Of a stretch of 64,000 bases of DNA, positions 37,641 through 46,989 are shown one piece after another. A model generated the notes under the pieces. The model ran no database searches and had not been told where the DNA came from. It saw nothing but the letters and a program-made list of their open reading frames with translations. The stretch is taken from the IMG/VR virus record IMGVR_UViG_3300045988_130225, positions 32,001 to 96,000 of that record. One strand, written 5' to 3'. Each line of letters opens with the position of its first letter. Position 1 is the first letter of the stretch. The DNA is from a virus. A program made the position numbers and the translations under genes.

Positions 37641-40132
37641 CCATTTTCATGTAATTTCTTTAAATTTTCTATTATTAAATCACCGACAACAGCCCAACAA
37701 AAATATTTATTCTTATTCTGTCCATAACATAAGTCAAGCATAATATTAACAAGTCTATCTTTGTTTGGACAAATTTCTTCTGCTCTTGCTCTAAATTCAT
37801 GCTGTATGCTCATAACTCTTGTATTTGCTTCTTCCGTACTTAAATTTTTCTCAATCACAATTTTCTTAAACTGTTTAATACGTTTAATGTATTCTTTTTC
37901 AAGATTTTCAATATCTTCTCTTGTTTTAGGTGAACTTCTTTGAATAGGAGATTTAAGAAATTCATAATTAAAACCCTTGGATTTAAGTTCTACCACTCTG
38001 CCATCAAATTCACTTTCCACATATCGGCAAATTCGGTTCATAGTAGAACCAGAAATGTTTACTGGCATTTTTATATCGTACCATTCTAAAAACTTTTGCT
38101 GTTCTTCTGTAAGATTTTTCTTTTCTTTTAATTCATTTACTTTACAACCATAAAGCATAACACATTTAAGGTCACAATTTTTTATATAACTATCATAATC
38201 TTTTTTTAAAGAAGAATAATTATAAATAAAATAATAAGGCTTTTTATCTGTTACGATTGCTTTATCTAAAGGTGTGGTACACAGCTTTGAAACGTACCAA
38301 TACTTAGGCATTTCCTTACAAATAACTCCCTTCAGTTTGTCCAGAGTTGACTGTTGATATAACTGTCCACACAAAATACGTTTTGATAATTCTTTATATT
38401 CATTTGTATTTTCATTAAATAAAGCTAATTTATCTATTTGTGCCGATACTCTATTAGTGATTGTTCCAACTTCTGAGCCTAAGCCCATACGGTTACTTTT
38501 TCTAATATCGTTTCTTTTAACAATTCTTTTCTCTCCTTTACGTTGTACACAATCAATAGCATTTGTATATTTATAAGCACTTAAAAGTACGTTATTATTA
38601 GTAGAATATATAGAATCACTATCAAAATCGCTCCCGTTCAATGCCATACATATAGTGTCCCAATCATTTAGCACCATCATTGTATTAGAATATTTATACC
38701 ATTCTTGGCATTTTTTATCGTTATTTACTTTCATTTTCCTAATATTATTATGTGAAGTCATAGGAGAACGAAAACAAACTACCTCATTCACACCTTTATC
38801 TATCCAATATTGTGAATATATTTCGTTAGCTTTAAGTAAACCAGTAACCTCTAATCCATATATACTCTGCATTAAAGCATAAGAATCACCCATAACTATC
38901 TGATAATTCCCTTCAACTTTCAGTTTACCTATCTTAGCTTGATTAATCTTTTTCTTAATCATTTTATTGATTCTGTCAATCACATAAGGGTCATTCATCA
39001 TTCTCTCATCTAAATATAAGGCTTGTGCATAATCTTTGGTTTTAGTTTTTTCACCAACACCCAAAAATTCTTTTGTTTTCTGGTAATCACCACCAAACGC
39101 CATTTTCAGCCAATCAACAGTAGGTTTACATAATTCTACAATCTGTTCATCTGTCAATTCATAACTTTGCAAATACTGATAATTTGTTTCTCTTGTATCT
39201 TCCAACTTTTTAGGTGTTACTTTTGTAGCAGAAAACCTATAACCATTTTCATAATAACATTTGTGGTATTCTTCCCAACTAGAATAATTATCCCATAACT
39301 TAAGACTGGATTCAGTAATAATCATATCCACATCTCGAATATCTCTTTCAGTACCCCAAATATCTTTTACTTTATATCCCTTACCAACTTCCTCAGCAAA
39401 TTTTATAATCTCAAAGACATTCAACATACCTTTCATATAAGCATTTCTTAAACAAATACCACTTGGCAAATAATCAAGACCTAATTTATCAGCAACTCTT
39501 TGCATATATTCTGGTGTACAAAGATTCATGCCGTCACTGCCGTTGTTTTCTAACTCTACACCAAATTTTTCCTCAACGATAGGTTCATCTGTTTCACTAT
39601 CATCAATCCTAACCACATCACCCTTAAATTTAGTGATACAATCTCGTACAACCAATACAGAGCGTGGTTCTGGTATCTCAACGGACGCTGAATAGGTCAG
39701 AGCAATATAAGCCTCTAATTTAGCCGGTATAGCCTTGTAATCTTTCTTCCTACCACAATCAGTCCTTTTAATTAACTCTGGTAAAATATCTTCTCTCACA
39801 AACAATAAAGTATTATTTTTAAGACCACCAGTAGTTCCAACAACCCACAAAAACCTTTTACCATTTAAAATCACACCAGTTTTAGACGTAACTTTGTCAT
39901 AGTCACTCATTGAGGAAATCTCCACAGCAAGCATTAAATCCGTCATATCTTGCTTGTATTGTTTGTTACCTATAATTGTAATTAAATCTATCAGTCGAAA
40001 TGCTTGTGAATCAAATAAGTCAATCAATTCATCTAAACGAACCGCCAACTCTTTGGATAAAGTAATTTGCCAGTTGTTTATTCGGAAACGTTCAGATGAA
40101 ACTTTGAAAATCTTTCTACGTTTATTTTGCAT
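37637..40132 (-). CDS. YonO/eukaryotic-RdRP-like single-subunit double-psi beta-barrel RNA polymerase (divergent)
   Basis: 831 aa; SDGMNLCTPEYMQRVADKLGLDYLPSGICLRNAYMKGMLNVF (DG...PS..QiR..G.KG-like), VVCFRSPMTSHNNIRKM, LNGSDFDSDSIYSTNN (DxDGD-like metal-binding loop). Confidence 0.75.
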   Translation of the reverse strand: MQNKRRKIFKVSSERFRINNWQITLSKELAVRLDELIDLFDSQAFRLIDLITIIGNKQYKQDMTDLMLAVEISSMSDYDKVTSKTGVILNGKRFLWVVGTTGGLKNNTLLFVREDILPELIKRTDCGRKKDYKAIPAKLEAYIALTYSASVEIPEPRSVLVVRDCITKFKGDVVRIDDSETDEPIVEEKFGVELENNGSDGMNLCTPEYMQRVADKLGLDYLPSGICLRNAYMKGMLNVFEIIKFAEEVGKGYKVKDIWGTERDIRDVDMIITESSLKLWDNYSSWEEYHKCYYENGYRFSATKVTPKKLEDTRETNYQYLQSYELTDEQIVELCKPTVDWLKMAFGGDYQKTKEFLGVGEKTKTKDYAQALYLDERMMNDPYVIDRINKMIKKKINQAKIGKLKVEGNYQIVMGDSYALMQSIYGLEVTGLLKANEIYSQYWIDKGVNEVVCFRSPMTSHNNIRKMKVNNDKKCQEWYKYSNTMMVLNDWDTICMALNGSDFDSDSIYSTNNNVLLSAYKYTNAIDCVQRKGEKRIVKRNDIRKSNRMGLGSEVGTITNRVSAQIDKLALFNENTNEYKELSKRILCGQLYQQSTLDKLKGVICKEMPKYWYVSKLCTTPLDKAIVTDKKPYYFIYNYSSLKKDYDSYIKNCDLKCVMLYGCKVNELKEKKNLTEEQQKFLEWYDIKMPVNISGSTMNRICRYVESEFDGRVVELKSKGFNYEFLKSPIQRSSPKTREDIENLEKEYIKRIKQFKKIVIEKNLSTEEANTRVMSIQHEFRARAEEICPNKDRLVNIMLDLCYGQNKNKYFCWAVVGDLIIENLKKLHENG

Positions 40133-40151
40133 TTGTTGAACTCCTTTATAA

Positions 40152-41141
40152 TTAGTGTTTATAAATATAATCTAAATTAGAAATATCATTAGGATAATCA
40201 TTATTTTTAGCGTGTTCAATCATTTTATCACATTTAATATTCCTACGCTCTAACATACCTACAACTACAGAAGCCACAAAAGGTAATTCGTTTTTATCAA
40301 TATAAGTTGTAATATCACCATGCCCACGTTCTTCAATTCTAGCAAGTAAATCTATACCTTGACGATATAACAATTCTTTTTCAAACAATTCCCAAGTATA
40401 TTCATATTTTTCATTCCAATTTGTAGGGTCTACATTTACACTATAACATTCTTCATCAGTAATTGCATTTTTTAGTCTTTCTATCAGAACAAGTAAAAAT
40501 CTATAAGTACACCATTCGTAACTTTTTAAATTAAGCAATCTTATAATAGTGTAACATTTTTCTATTTCTGTATTAGATTTTTCTAAATCTTTTTCTAATT
40601 TTTTTATTTGATTTTCTTTGTCAATATTTTCTATCTCTTTTTCTTTTAATAATTCATCTTTTTTAATTGGTGATACATCGCCGTTCTCACTACAAATATC
40701 AAGAAAAACTATTCTTTTTTTATTACATAAATCAGTAATACATCTTGCAACTTTTTCATATTTTTCTGTATCATTACTTACATTATAAATAAGACTATCA
40801 TAACTTACAATATTACAATAATTTTCACCTTTTATCTGTTGCATTGTCATAAGGTCAATAGATGTTTTAGATTTAACATAAGGTGCAATAATATTTATCC
40901 AACAATCTTTTCTCATTTTTTTTCTTATGTCACCATTACTCTCTTTATATCCCATATAAACATTTTCGCAATATCTTCTTACCAAAGCATTGATTCTTTT
41001 ATTTCGTGCTTGTCTTGTTGCTTCTTTTATAGTTTTTACTTCAGAATTTTTAGTCTTAACATTTTTCCCAAATCCCATTATAATATCCTCCTTTATACTT
41101 TTATTTATATTAATTATAATATTATATATAATATATATCAT
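40152..41141 (-). CDS. Hypothetical protein
   Basis: 329-aa ORF (core start MGFGKNVKTKNSEVK with AAAGGAGGA RBS); central coiled coil. Confidence 0.65.
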   Translation of the reverse strand: MIYIIYNIIININKSIKEDIIMGFGKNVKTKNSEVKTIKEATRQARNKRINALVRRYCENVYMGYKESNGDIRKKMRKDCWINIIAPYVKSKTSIDLMTMQQIKGENYCNIVSYDSLIYNVSNDTEKYEKVARCITDLCNKKRIVFLDICSENGDVSPIKKDELLKEKEIENIDKENQIKKLEKDLEKSNTEIEKCYTIIRLLNLKSYEWCTYRFLLVLIERLKNAITDEECYSVNVDPTNWNEKYEYTWELFEKELLYRQGIDLLARIEERGHGDITTYIDKNELPFVASVVVGMLERRNIKCDKMIEHAKNNDYPNDISNLDYIYKH

Positions 41142-41160
41142 TTTTTATTATAAAAGTCAA
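41132..41160 (-). promoter_or_regulatory. sigma70/sigmaA-type promoter of leftward arm
   Basis: Minus strand TTGACT-17 nt-TATATA. Confidence 0.65.
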
Positions 41161-41207
41161 TAGTATTTATTTAACTTTTATTAATAATATTTTAATGTAT
41201 AATATAC

Positions 41208-41238
<31 letters not shown>

Positions 41239-41270
41239 GTCTATTATAAAGTAAAGAATTAGCAATCTTT

Positions 41271-41501
41271 GATGCCGTAATTAACAACACACGCTATGGC
41301 TATAATTTGAAAAAAGGCTACCCTCAAGGGTAGACTTTTGAAAATTTGTGCCATGTGTTGTTGATTACGGTATCAAACAAGCGGGGAAGAATGTAGAAAT
41401 AACATGGTGCGAAACCCTTGGGTTGAGCATGCTACCATGTTATTTATATATTCTGGGGTGCAACGCCCAGAGACGGGGTGTGGGTGTCCTCAACCCCACC
41501 A
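41271..41501. ncRNA. Structured RNA candidate between divergent arms
   Basis: 21-nt pairing arms 41271-41291/41354-41374 with G.U wobbles, enclosed hairpin 41318-41333, second 11-bp perfect stem 41398-41408/41434-41444, GC-rich tail. Confidence 0.6.
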
Positions 41502-41562
41502 TAATAATATTCATTACTAATTTTATATTTATATTAATATTATATAATATATATTATACCCC

Positions 41563-41591
41563 TTGACATATTCTATATTATATGATATAAT
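41563..41591 (+). promoter_or_regulatory. sigma70/sigmaA-type promoter of rightward arm
   Basis: TTGACA-17 nt-TATAAT, exact consensus. Confidence 0.85.
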
Positions 41592-41775
41592 CGGAGTATG
41601 AAGTTGATTAATAGTAATAGAAAGTATAAGAGTTTTTGAATTTTTGTACTATCAAATGTATCTAATAAGGTGTTCTCTATATCTGATACATTTACTAGTA
41701 CAAAAAATTAAAAACTATATAATTTTTATTGAGTTTGCTTACATTTTAAAAAATACCAAAAAAGGAGAAATGATT

Positions 41776-42789
41776 ATGGAATTAGAATTTAACAAACCCT
41801 ATAAATACAAAGATTTATGTAATTTTTTTAATTTAGAGCCAAAAACAGGAACAACTAAAATTTACCAAATTAAAAGATTACAAAAAGAATACGAAATTGA
41901 AAAATTAGGAACAAACTATGTTTTTATTAAAAAATATACAAAAGAAGAAATAGAATTAGCTGAACAAACAGAAAAATTAAAAGGTGTTTATCAATCTTAT
42001 GTAGAATCTATTCTTACTGAATTAATCGCAAGACAGAATAACGGTATTCTTAGAATGTCTACTACAGAATTATTAAGAGAAGTAGGTTTTATAAATGAAG
42101 ATTTTAGCTACTGTAAATATAATAGTTACTTTTCTTCTTTAATTCTTAAAACAGATGAAATAGATTTACATGAATATACAGAAATTGTATATAAACAGTT
42201 ATCTCATTTATTAAGAACCATTATCCAAAATTTACATGATAAGCATTATCTTATTAGTAGACAATGTTTTAGATTATTAAAAGTTGTCAATACTAGAATG
42301 AATGGAACTAAAATTCAATCACAATATGAGGTTCCTATTGAAACAAAAGAAGAACAAGATATTTTAAAGATTTATCTTCGTACGGCACGTTCTTTAGGGT
42401 ATAATGACGTTAAAGAATTATATGTTAAATTTAAAGATGTAGAAAAATTTAAAGATTTAGTAGGTAAAGAAATTAATAAAATTTATCCAGAGTATAATGC
42501 TGTATGCAAAGTATATAGTTTAAGTAGCGATAGAATGACAGCTTTAGATAATAGTACAAAGATTAAGAATGAACTTACTCAAAAGATTAGAAAAAAGATT
42601 GAGGGTTCAAAAGCAACTATCGGCATGGAAGATTTAGCATTATATGTTGAAGCTACAATAGACCCAAAAAGAATCTATCAGATTAAAGAGAAATTTTCTA
42701 AATATGGTCATTTACTTAGAGAAAACCCAGAATTATTAAGACAGACTTTATTTAAAGAAAATGAAGATATTATGTTTTTCCATAATTAA
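41776..42789 (+). CDS. Hypothetical protein, paralogue of 43602..44537
   Basis: MELEFNKPYKYKDLCNFFNLEPKTGTTKIYQIKRLQKEYEIEKLG...; RBS AAAGGAGAAA. Confidence 0.75.
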   Translation: MELEFNKPYKYKDLCNFFNLEPKTGTTKIYQIKRLQKEYEIEKLGTNYVFIKKYTKEEIELAEQTEKLKGVYQSYVESILTELIARQNNGILRMSTTELLREVGFINEDFSYCKYNSYFSSLILKTDEIDLHEYTEIVYKQLSHLLRTIIQNLHDKHYLISRQCFRLLKVVNTRMNGTKIQSQYEVPIETKEEQDILKIYLRTARSLGYNDVKELYVKFKDVEKFKDLVGKEINKIYPEYNAVCKVYSLSSDRMTALDNSTKIKNELTQKIRKKIEGSKATIGMEDLALYVEATIDPKRIYQIKEKFSKYGHLLRENPELLRQTLFKENEDIMFFHN

Positions 42790-42795
42790 AAATTA

Positions 42796-42820
42796 AGAGC
42801 GTCCAAACGGACGTTCTTTT
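42796..42820 (+). terminator. Rho-independent terminator
   Basis: AGAGCGTCCAAACGGACGTTCTTTTTT. Confidence 0.85.
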
Positions 42821-42872
42821 TTATTGCTTATTTCCACTAATATATTTATTACAAAATATTTTAAAATTACCC

Positions 42873-42901
42873 TTGACTTATATGTTTTCTTATGCTATTG
42901 T
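42873..42901 (+). promoter_or_regulatory. sigma70/sigmaA-type promoter
   Basis: TTGACT-17 nt-TATTGT. Confidence 0.6.
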
Positions 42902-42934
42902 ATAAGTATCACATACAGAAAGGTGGTATAACAA

Positions 42935-43597
42935 ATGGAGAAACCGATAAAGAAAATTATTATTATCAACGGCTCTGGTGGAGTTGGTAAGGACGCTTTT
43001 GCTAAAAGAGTTATTGAAGAAACTCTTAAATTGTCGAAACGTATTGTTCCAGTTGAGAATGAAGATTATTGTGTAGACCCAGAAGTTTTTTACAAAAGAA
43101 ATAATATTTCTACTATTGATTGCGTAAAAAATATTGCCAAAATGTTTAACTGGAATGGTGAGAAATCTGAAAAAGACAGAAAAATGTTAAGTGACCTAAA
43201 AGATTTAATGACGGTCTATAATGATTATCCTTTTAAATGTATTACAATACAAATTAGTAATTGGCTACATTGTGTTGGGTGTATGTATGACCATTCATTT
43301 CTTTTTGTACATTGTAGAGAGCCTAAAGAAATTGAAAGAATAAAAAATCAGTTTCCTAATGACACTTTTACTTTATTAGTACAGAATCCTAAAGTTGCAA
43401 AAGTAACTGGTAATCATGCTGATAGAGAAGTTGAAAATTACAATTATGATTTTACTGTAGTTAACGATTCTGACCTTAGAGCATTAAGAAAAGTTGCTAT
43501 TGACTTTTATAAGAAAATCTTTAACCAAGGTTTTACAAAGTATAAGTTTGTTGCTTCTGATTATGATTTCAACCCAGAGGAGAATGGGATATTTTAA
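42935..43597 (+). CDS. P-loop nucleotide kinase (dNMP-kinase-like)
   Basis: 220 aa; IIIINGSGGVGKDAFAKRVIEE Walker A. Confidence 0.75.
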   Translation: MEKPIKKIIIINGSGGVGKDAFAKRVIEETLKLSKRIVPVENEDYCVDPEVFYKRNNISTIDCVKNIAKMFNWNGEKSEKDRKMLSDLKDLMTVYNDYPFKCITIQISNWLHCVGCMYDHSFLFVHCREPKEIERIKNQFPNDTFTLLVQNPKVAKVTGNHADREVENYNYDFTVVNDSDLRALRKVAIDFYKKIFNQGFTKYKFVASDYDFNPEENGIF

Positions 43598-43601
43598 AAA
43601 A

Positions 43602-44537
43602 ATGATAGAAATTGGTAGGACTTATCGTTATAAAGAACTTTGTGAAGCTATAGGAAAAAATAATGTTATAGGGTCTTATAAAACAACCTTACTTAAAAGT
43701 ATTTATAAGAATTATGAGGTAGTTCATAAAAACGGCTTTTATAAAATCATAAGAGAATATTCACAACAAGAAAAAGATGCAAAAGAAATTAAAGGAATGT
43801 ATCAAAAACTGCTTGAAGCTATATTAAGTAATTTTTTATCTCAACAAGACAATTATTCAGTCTGTACCTCAATGATGGAATTACTTTTAGCTTGTGGGAT
43901 TATTAATACAGATTTTAAATACTGTAGGTATAATATTGATTCTTCATCTAAAATACTTAAAAGTGACCCTTATGACTTAGAAGAATATATCACAAAATCT
44001 TATAATCTTCTTAGCCGAATGTTTAAAGATATTCTTGACCAACTTGAAAATAAAGCTTTAATCAAATGTCGAAAAGGTTACAAGCTGTTCAAAGTTAATA
44101 ACATGGGGTTACAAAGTGGTAGCAAGGTGATAACTCTTGGCTCAAAAGAGGAAACGATAATTATTAAGGCTGAGGAAGAAGGACTTAAGGAAATGGGTCT
44201 TACTAAGCTATTTGAAGTATATAGAAATGAAATTAGTATTGAAACATTTAAAAAAATCACAAACAGAAAGATAAAAGAACAGTTTCCAGATTATGACGGT
44301 TATTACAAAGTATATCATATCACTTTAAATCGTACAGGACTTTGGGAGAACAAGAATAATATCTATAAAGAACTTAATAAAAAAATTCAAACCAAGTTAT
44401 TAAAAAATAAAGGTTTATCTGAAATAACGCAATTAAAGAAAATGGTAGACGCTACAATTAATTTGTCCAGACCATTTAAAATACAAGAAAATTTAAAGCT
44501 TATGAAAAAGTTGGAAGGAGAAAATAACAATGAGTGA
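43602..44537 (+). CDS. Hypothetical protein, paralogue of 41776..42789
   Basis: MIEIGRTYRYKELCEAIGKNNVIGSYKTTLLKSIYKNYEV...; shared architecture with the first paralogue. Confidence 0.75.
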   Translation: MIEIGRTYRYKELCEAIGKNNVIGSYKTTLLKSIYKNYEVVHKNGFYKIIREYSQQEKDAKEIKGMYQKLLEAILSNFLSQQDNYSVCTSMMELLLACGIINTDFKYCRYNIDSSSKILKSDPYDLEEYITKSYNLLSRMFKDILDQLENKALIKCRKGYKLFKVNNMGLQSGSKVITLGSKEETIIIKAEEEGLKEMGLTKLFEVYRNEISIETFKKITNRKIKEQFPDYDGYYKVYHITLNRTGLWENKNNIYKELNKKIQTKLLKNKGLSEITQLKKMVDATINLSRPFKIQENLKLMKKLEGENNNE

Positions 44538-44787
44538 GATTAAAAAAACAGAAAATGGTGTTACAACTAAGTACAAAGGCGTATGGAACGCTACAATCTG
44601 TGTTGAAGAAAATTTTACAAGTGATGAATTTACAGAAGAAGATTTACATGATTTTATAAACAGATGTGGTAAATATGCTGAGGAAAAATTACAGAAAATT
44701 ATTGAAGAGATTTTATCAAAAGCTTTAGACGGTAAAGTAAGTGTAAGTAATTTCAATTATAATTTTAATGAAATTGAAAATAAATAA
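44530..44787 (+). CDS. Hypothetical protein
   Basis: 85-aa ORF with overlapping start and RBS. Confidence 0.6.
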   Translation: MSEIKKTENGVTTKYKGVWNATICVEENFTSDEFTEEDLHDFINRCGKYAEEKLQKIIEEILSKALDGKVSVSNFNYNFNEIENK

Positions 44788-44854
44788 TAATAAAACGGAA
44801 TATATTAATGAAAATAAATAAAACAATAAAATAAATCAGAAAGGATAAATACAT

Positions 44855-44992
44855 ATGAATTCAAAAGTATTAAAGAAGAAATATGTAGGATATTTAACTA
44901 AATCAGGAAAATATATCTCTACAGGATTAGTTTTCAACATTAACAACTGGATTTATAAAATTACAACAACACCATATGGTGGAGGTGCCTAG
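44855..44992 (+). CDS. Small protein (45 aa)
   Basis: RBS AAAGGA then MNSKVLKKKYVGYLTKSGKYISTGLVFNINNWIYKITTTPYGGGA*. Confidence 0.55.
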   Translation: MNSKVLKKKYVGYLTKSGKYISTGLVFNINNWIYKITTTPYGGGA

Positions 44993-45153
44993 TGAAGAAT
45001 ATAATGCTAGATTTCATGATGGGAATAATTTGTATTCTATTAATAATAACAGTAATTGAAATGCTTGCGCTTCCGTGTACGTTAAGTGCTTGGTCAGCAA
45101 TGAGATTAAATGAAAAATGGGAGGAGAAGGAAGAAAATGAAAACGGTTTTTAA
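44992..45153 (+). CDS. Small single-transmembrane protein (53 aa)
   Basis: GTG start overlapping previous TAG; MKNIMLDFMMGIICILLIITVIEMLALPCTLSAWSAMRLNEKWEEKEENENGF*. Confidence 0.5.
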   Translation: MKNIMLDFMMGIICILLIITVIEMLALPCTLSAWSAMRLNEKWEEKEENENGF

Positions 45154-45808
45154 TTGGATTGGCGATGATTGGAGAAGAGTAAAAAATCATTGCCGTACAA
45201 CAGATAACAAAGATTTTACAGAAAAAGATGCTACAGATATTTTTAAGAAAAAACTGCTTATTTCTGAGCATAGTCCTATTAGGTTGCTTGAATTTGATTG
45301 GACTTGGAAAACAATTAAATACTGGTTAAGTACCGAAATGAGCCGTCATAAGTATGAAAAATTTATATCTACAGCAAGAGATGATAGAGGATTTTCAGAA
45401 AGAAAAACAGAAGAGGGCTATACAGTATGGGACGAAGTTACAAAACAGAATATTGAATACCACCCATTATCCAGAGATGACGCACCACAGAAAAATCCTG
45501 TAAATTTTGATGGTTACGCTAACATGCAGAATTTAATTGACGTTTGGCGTAAGAGATTGTGTTTCTGCTGTACTAAGGACGCAAGAGAATTAGCAGAAGA
45601 TTTTAAATACGTTTTACATGAAACTCACCCTATTGAAGCTGATGTATTACAGAAAAATTGTATATACAGATGTGGTTGTCCAGAGTTTAAATCTTGTGGA
45701 TATTGGGAAAATTTTTGCAAGAAACATAGTAAAGAAGATTTGATAAATATTCAGACAAGATATGATTTGGCTAATAAAGAGTTTTATGAAAATTATAAGG
45801 AGAAATAA
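45137..45808 (+). CDS. thyX: ThyX-like flavin-dependent thymidylate synthase, divergent
   Basis: ISEHSPIRLLEFDWTWKTIKYWLSTEMSRHKYEKFISTARDDRG. Confidence 0.7.
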   Translation: MKTVFNWIGDDWRRVKNHCRTTDNKDFTEKDATDIFKKKLLISEHSPIRLLEFDWTWKTIKYWLSTEMSRHKYEKFISTARDDRGFSERKTEEGYTVWDEVTKQNIEYHPLSRDDAPQKNPVNFDGYANMQNLIDVWRKRLCFCCTKDARELAEDFKYVLHETHPIEADVLQKNCIYRCGCPEFKSCGYWENFCKKHSKEDLINIQTRYDLANKEFYENYKEK

Positions 45809-45810
45809 TC

Positions 45811-45984
45811 ATGTTAAAAGCAAAATTTGAAAAATATTTAGGAAAACACATATCAATTAGATTATTTGATGGTAACGTTTATACTGGATATTTATACAAG
45901 TCTGGAAATAAAGAACGCTTTCCAAATGACCCTAACTTATATGTACCAAGAAATTATTATTTTTTAATAGGAGAATGGTTATGA
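45811..45984 (+). CDS. Small hypothetical protein (57 aa)
   Basis: RBS AAGGAGAAA; MLKAKFEKYLGKHISIRLFDGNVYTGYLYKSGNKERFPND... Confidence 0.55.
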   Translation: MLKAKFEKYLGKHISIRLFDGNVYTGYLYKSGNKERFPNDPNLYVPRNYYFLIGEWL

Positions 45985-46259
45985 AAGAATTAAAAGAAAC
46001 AATGGAAATGATGAACAGTGAAAATTATAAAGAAAGATTTAAAGCTGAATATTGGCAGACTTATATTAGATATGAAAAATTAACAAAAATGGTTGAAAAC
46101 TGGGAGAAAGGTGAATTAAATTTTACACCTACTTGTGATAAAAAAATATATAAGATACAGTTACTTCATATGGCTAACTATCTTAGTATTCTTAGAGTAA
46201 GAGCAAAGATTGAAAACGTAGATTTAGGAATTGAGGAAGAAAATGAAAAAGACTGTTAA
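45975..46259 (+). CDS. Hypothetical protein
   Basis: 94-aa ORF with RBS. Confidence 0.6.
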   Translation: MVMKELKETMEMMNSENYKERFKAEYWQTYIRYEKLTKMVENWEKGELNFTPTCDKKIYKIQLLHMANYLSILRVRAKIENVDLGIEEENEKDC

Positions 46260-46530
46260 TAATTCTACAAAGTTAAGTCAAGAAGAATTTGTTTCGTTTA
46301 GTAAAAGAATGATTCAAAGATACTATACAGAATTGTTTGGTGGCAATACAGTATCATCTGATGAAATATTTTTAGTATGGTATTGTAAGACTTTACAGAA
46401 TCATAAGGCGTTACTGGGTGTTATTGGTCGGTATGATGAATATTTTGAAGCTACCTATGACGGTGATAATAATAAAGTTTATCTGGACGTATATAAGAAA
46501 GATAAGAATATTATAGTTGAACCGATATGA
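46231..46530 (+). CDS. Hypothetical protein
   Basis: 99-aa ORF; likely start MKKTVNNSTKLSQEEF. Confidence 0.6.
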   Translation: MRKKMKKTVNNSTKLSQEEFVSFSKRMIQRYYTELFGGNTVSSDEIFLVWYCKTLQNHKALLGVIGRYDEYFEATYDGDNNKVYLDVYKKDKNIIVEPI

Positions 46531-46577
46531 ATTGAATAAAAAAGAATAAAAAGTTTTAAAATTTTTTAAAAAAGTTC

Positions 46578-46606
46578 TTGACGGATTAAGGATTATATAG
46601 TATAGT
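46578..46606 (+). promoter_or_regulatory. sigma70/sigmaA-type promoter
   Basis: TTGACG-17 nt-TATAGT. Confidence 0.7.
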
Positions 46607-46653
46607 ATGAAATATAATGAATAAAAAAATAATATTAAAGGAGATTAAAAGAA

Positions 46654-46902
46654 ATGGAGAGTTTAGCAATGAATTTAACAGATGCACAGAAGAGAGCAGT
46701 AGAGTTAAAAGATGAAATTATTAAAATTTGTGAAGAAAAGAAGTTAATTCTGGTTGCTCCTAAAGAGGGAATTGGTTTTTATGATTTAGAGTCAAAGGAA
46801 CTGGTTGCTATTTGGTCTGATAGTAAAGCCAATGAAGAAACAAAACCAGTTGATGAAGATAGCGAAGCACCAGAAGCACCGGAAATTCCAGAACAGGAAT
46901 AA
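46654..46902 (+). CDS. Hypothetical acidic protein
   Basis: 82-aa ORF with RBS. Confidence 0.6.
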   Translation: MESLAMNLTDAQKRAVELKDEIIKICEEKKLILVAPKEGIGFYDLESKELVAIWSDSKANEETKPVDEDSEAPEAPEIPEQE

Positions 46903-46954
46903 ACCATTATGATCAAGGACTTAATAAAAATAATTAAAAATTTTTAAAAAGTCC

Positions 46955-46983
46955 TTGACTTATCTAATAAAATATGTTATAGT
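46955..46983 (+). promoter_or_regulatory. sigma70/sigmaA-type promoter of structured ncRNA region
   Basis: TTGACT-17 nt-TATAGT. Confidence 0.75.
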
Positions 46984-46989
46984 ATATAC

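Noticed and set aside
41348-41566. 72-aa plus-strand ORF in the intergenic region
   Set aside because: Overlaps the strongly base-paired segment, no RBS, and ends in poly-hydrophobic AT-rich translation; better explained as structured RNA.
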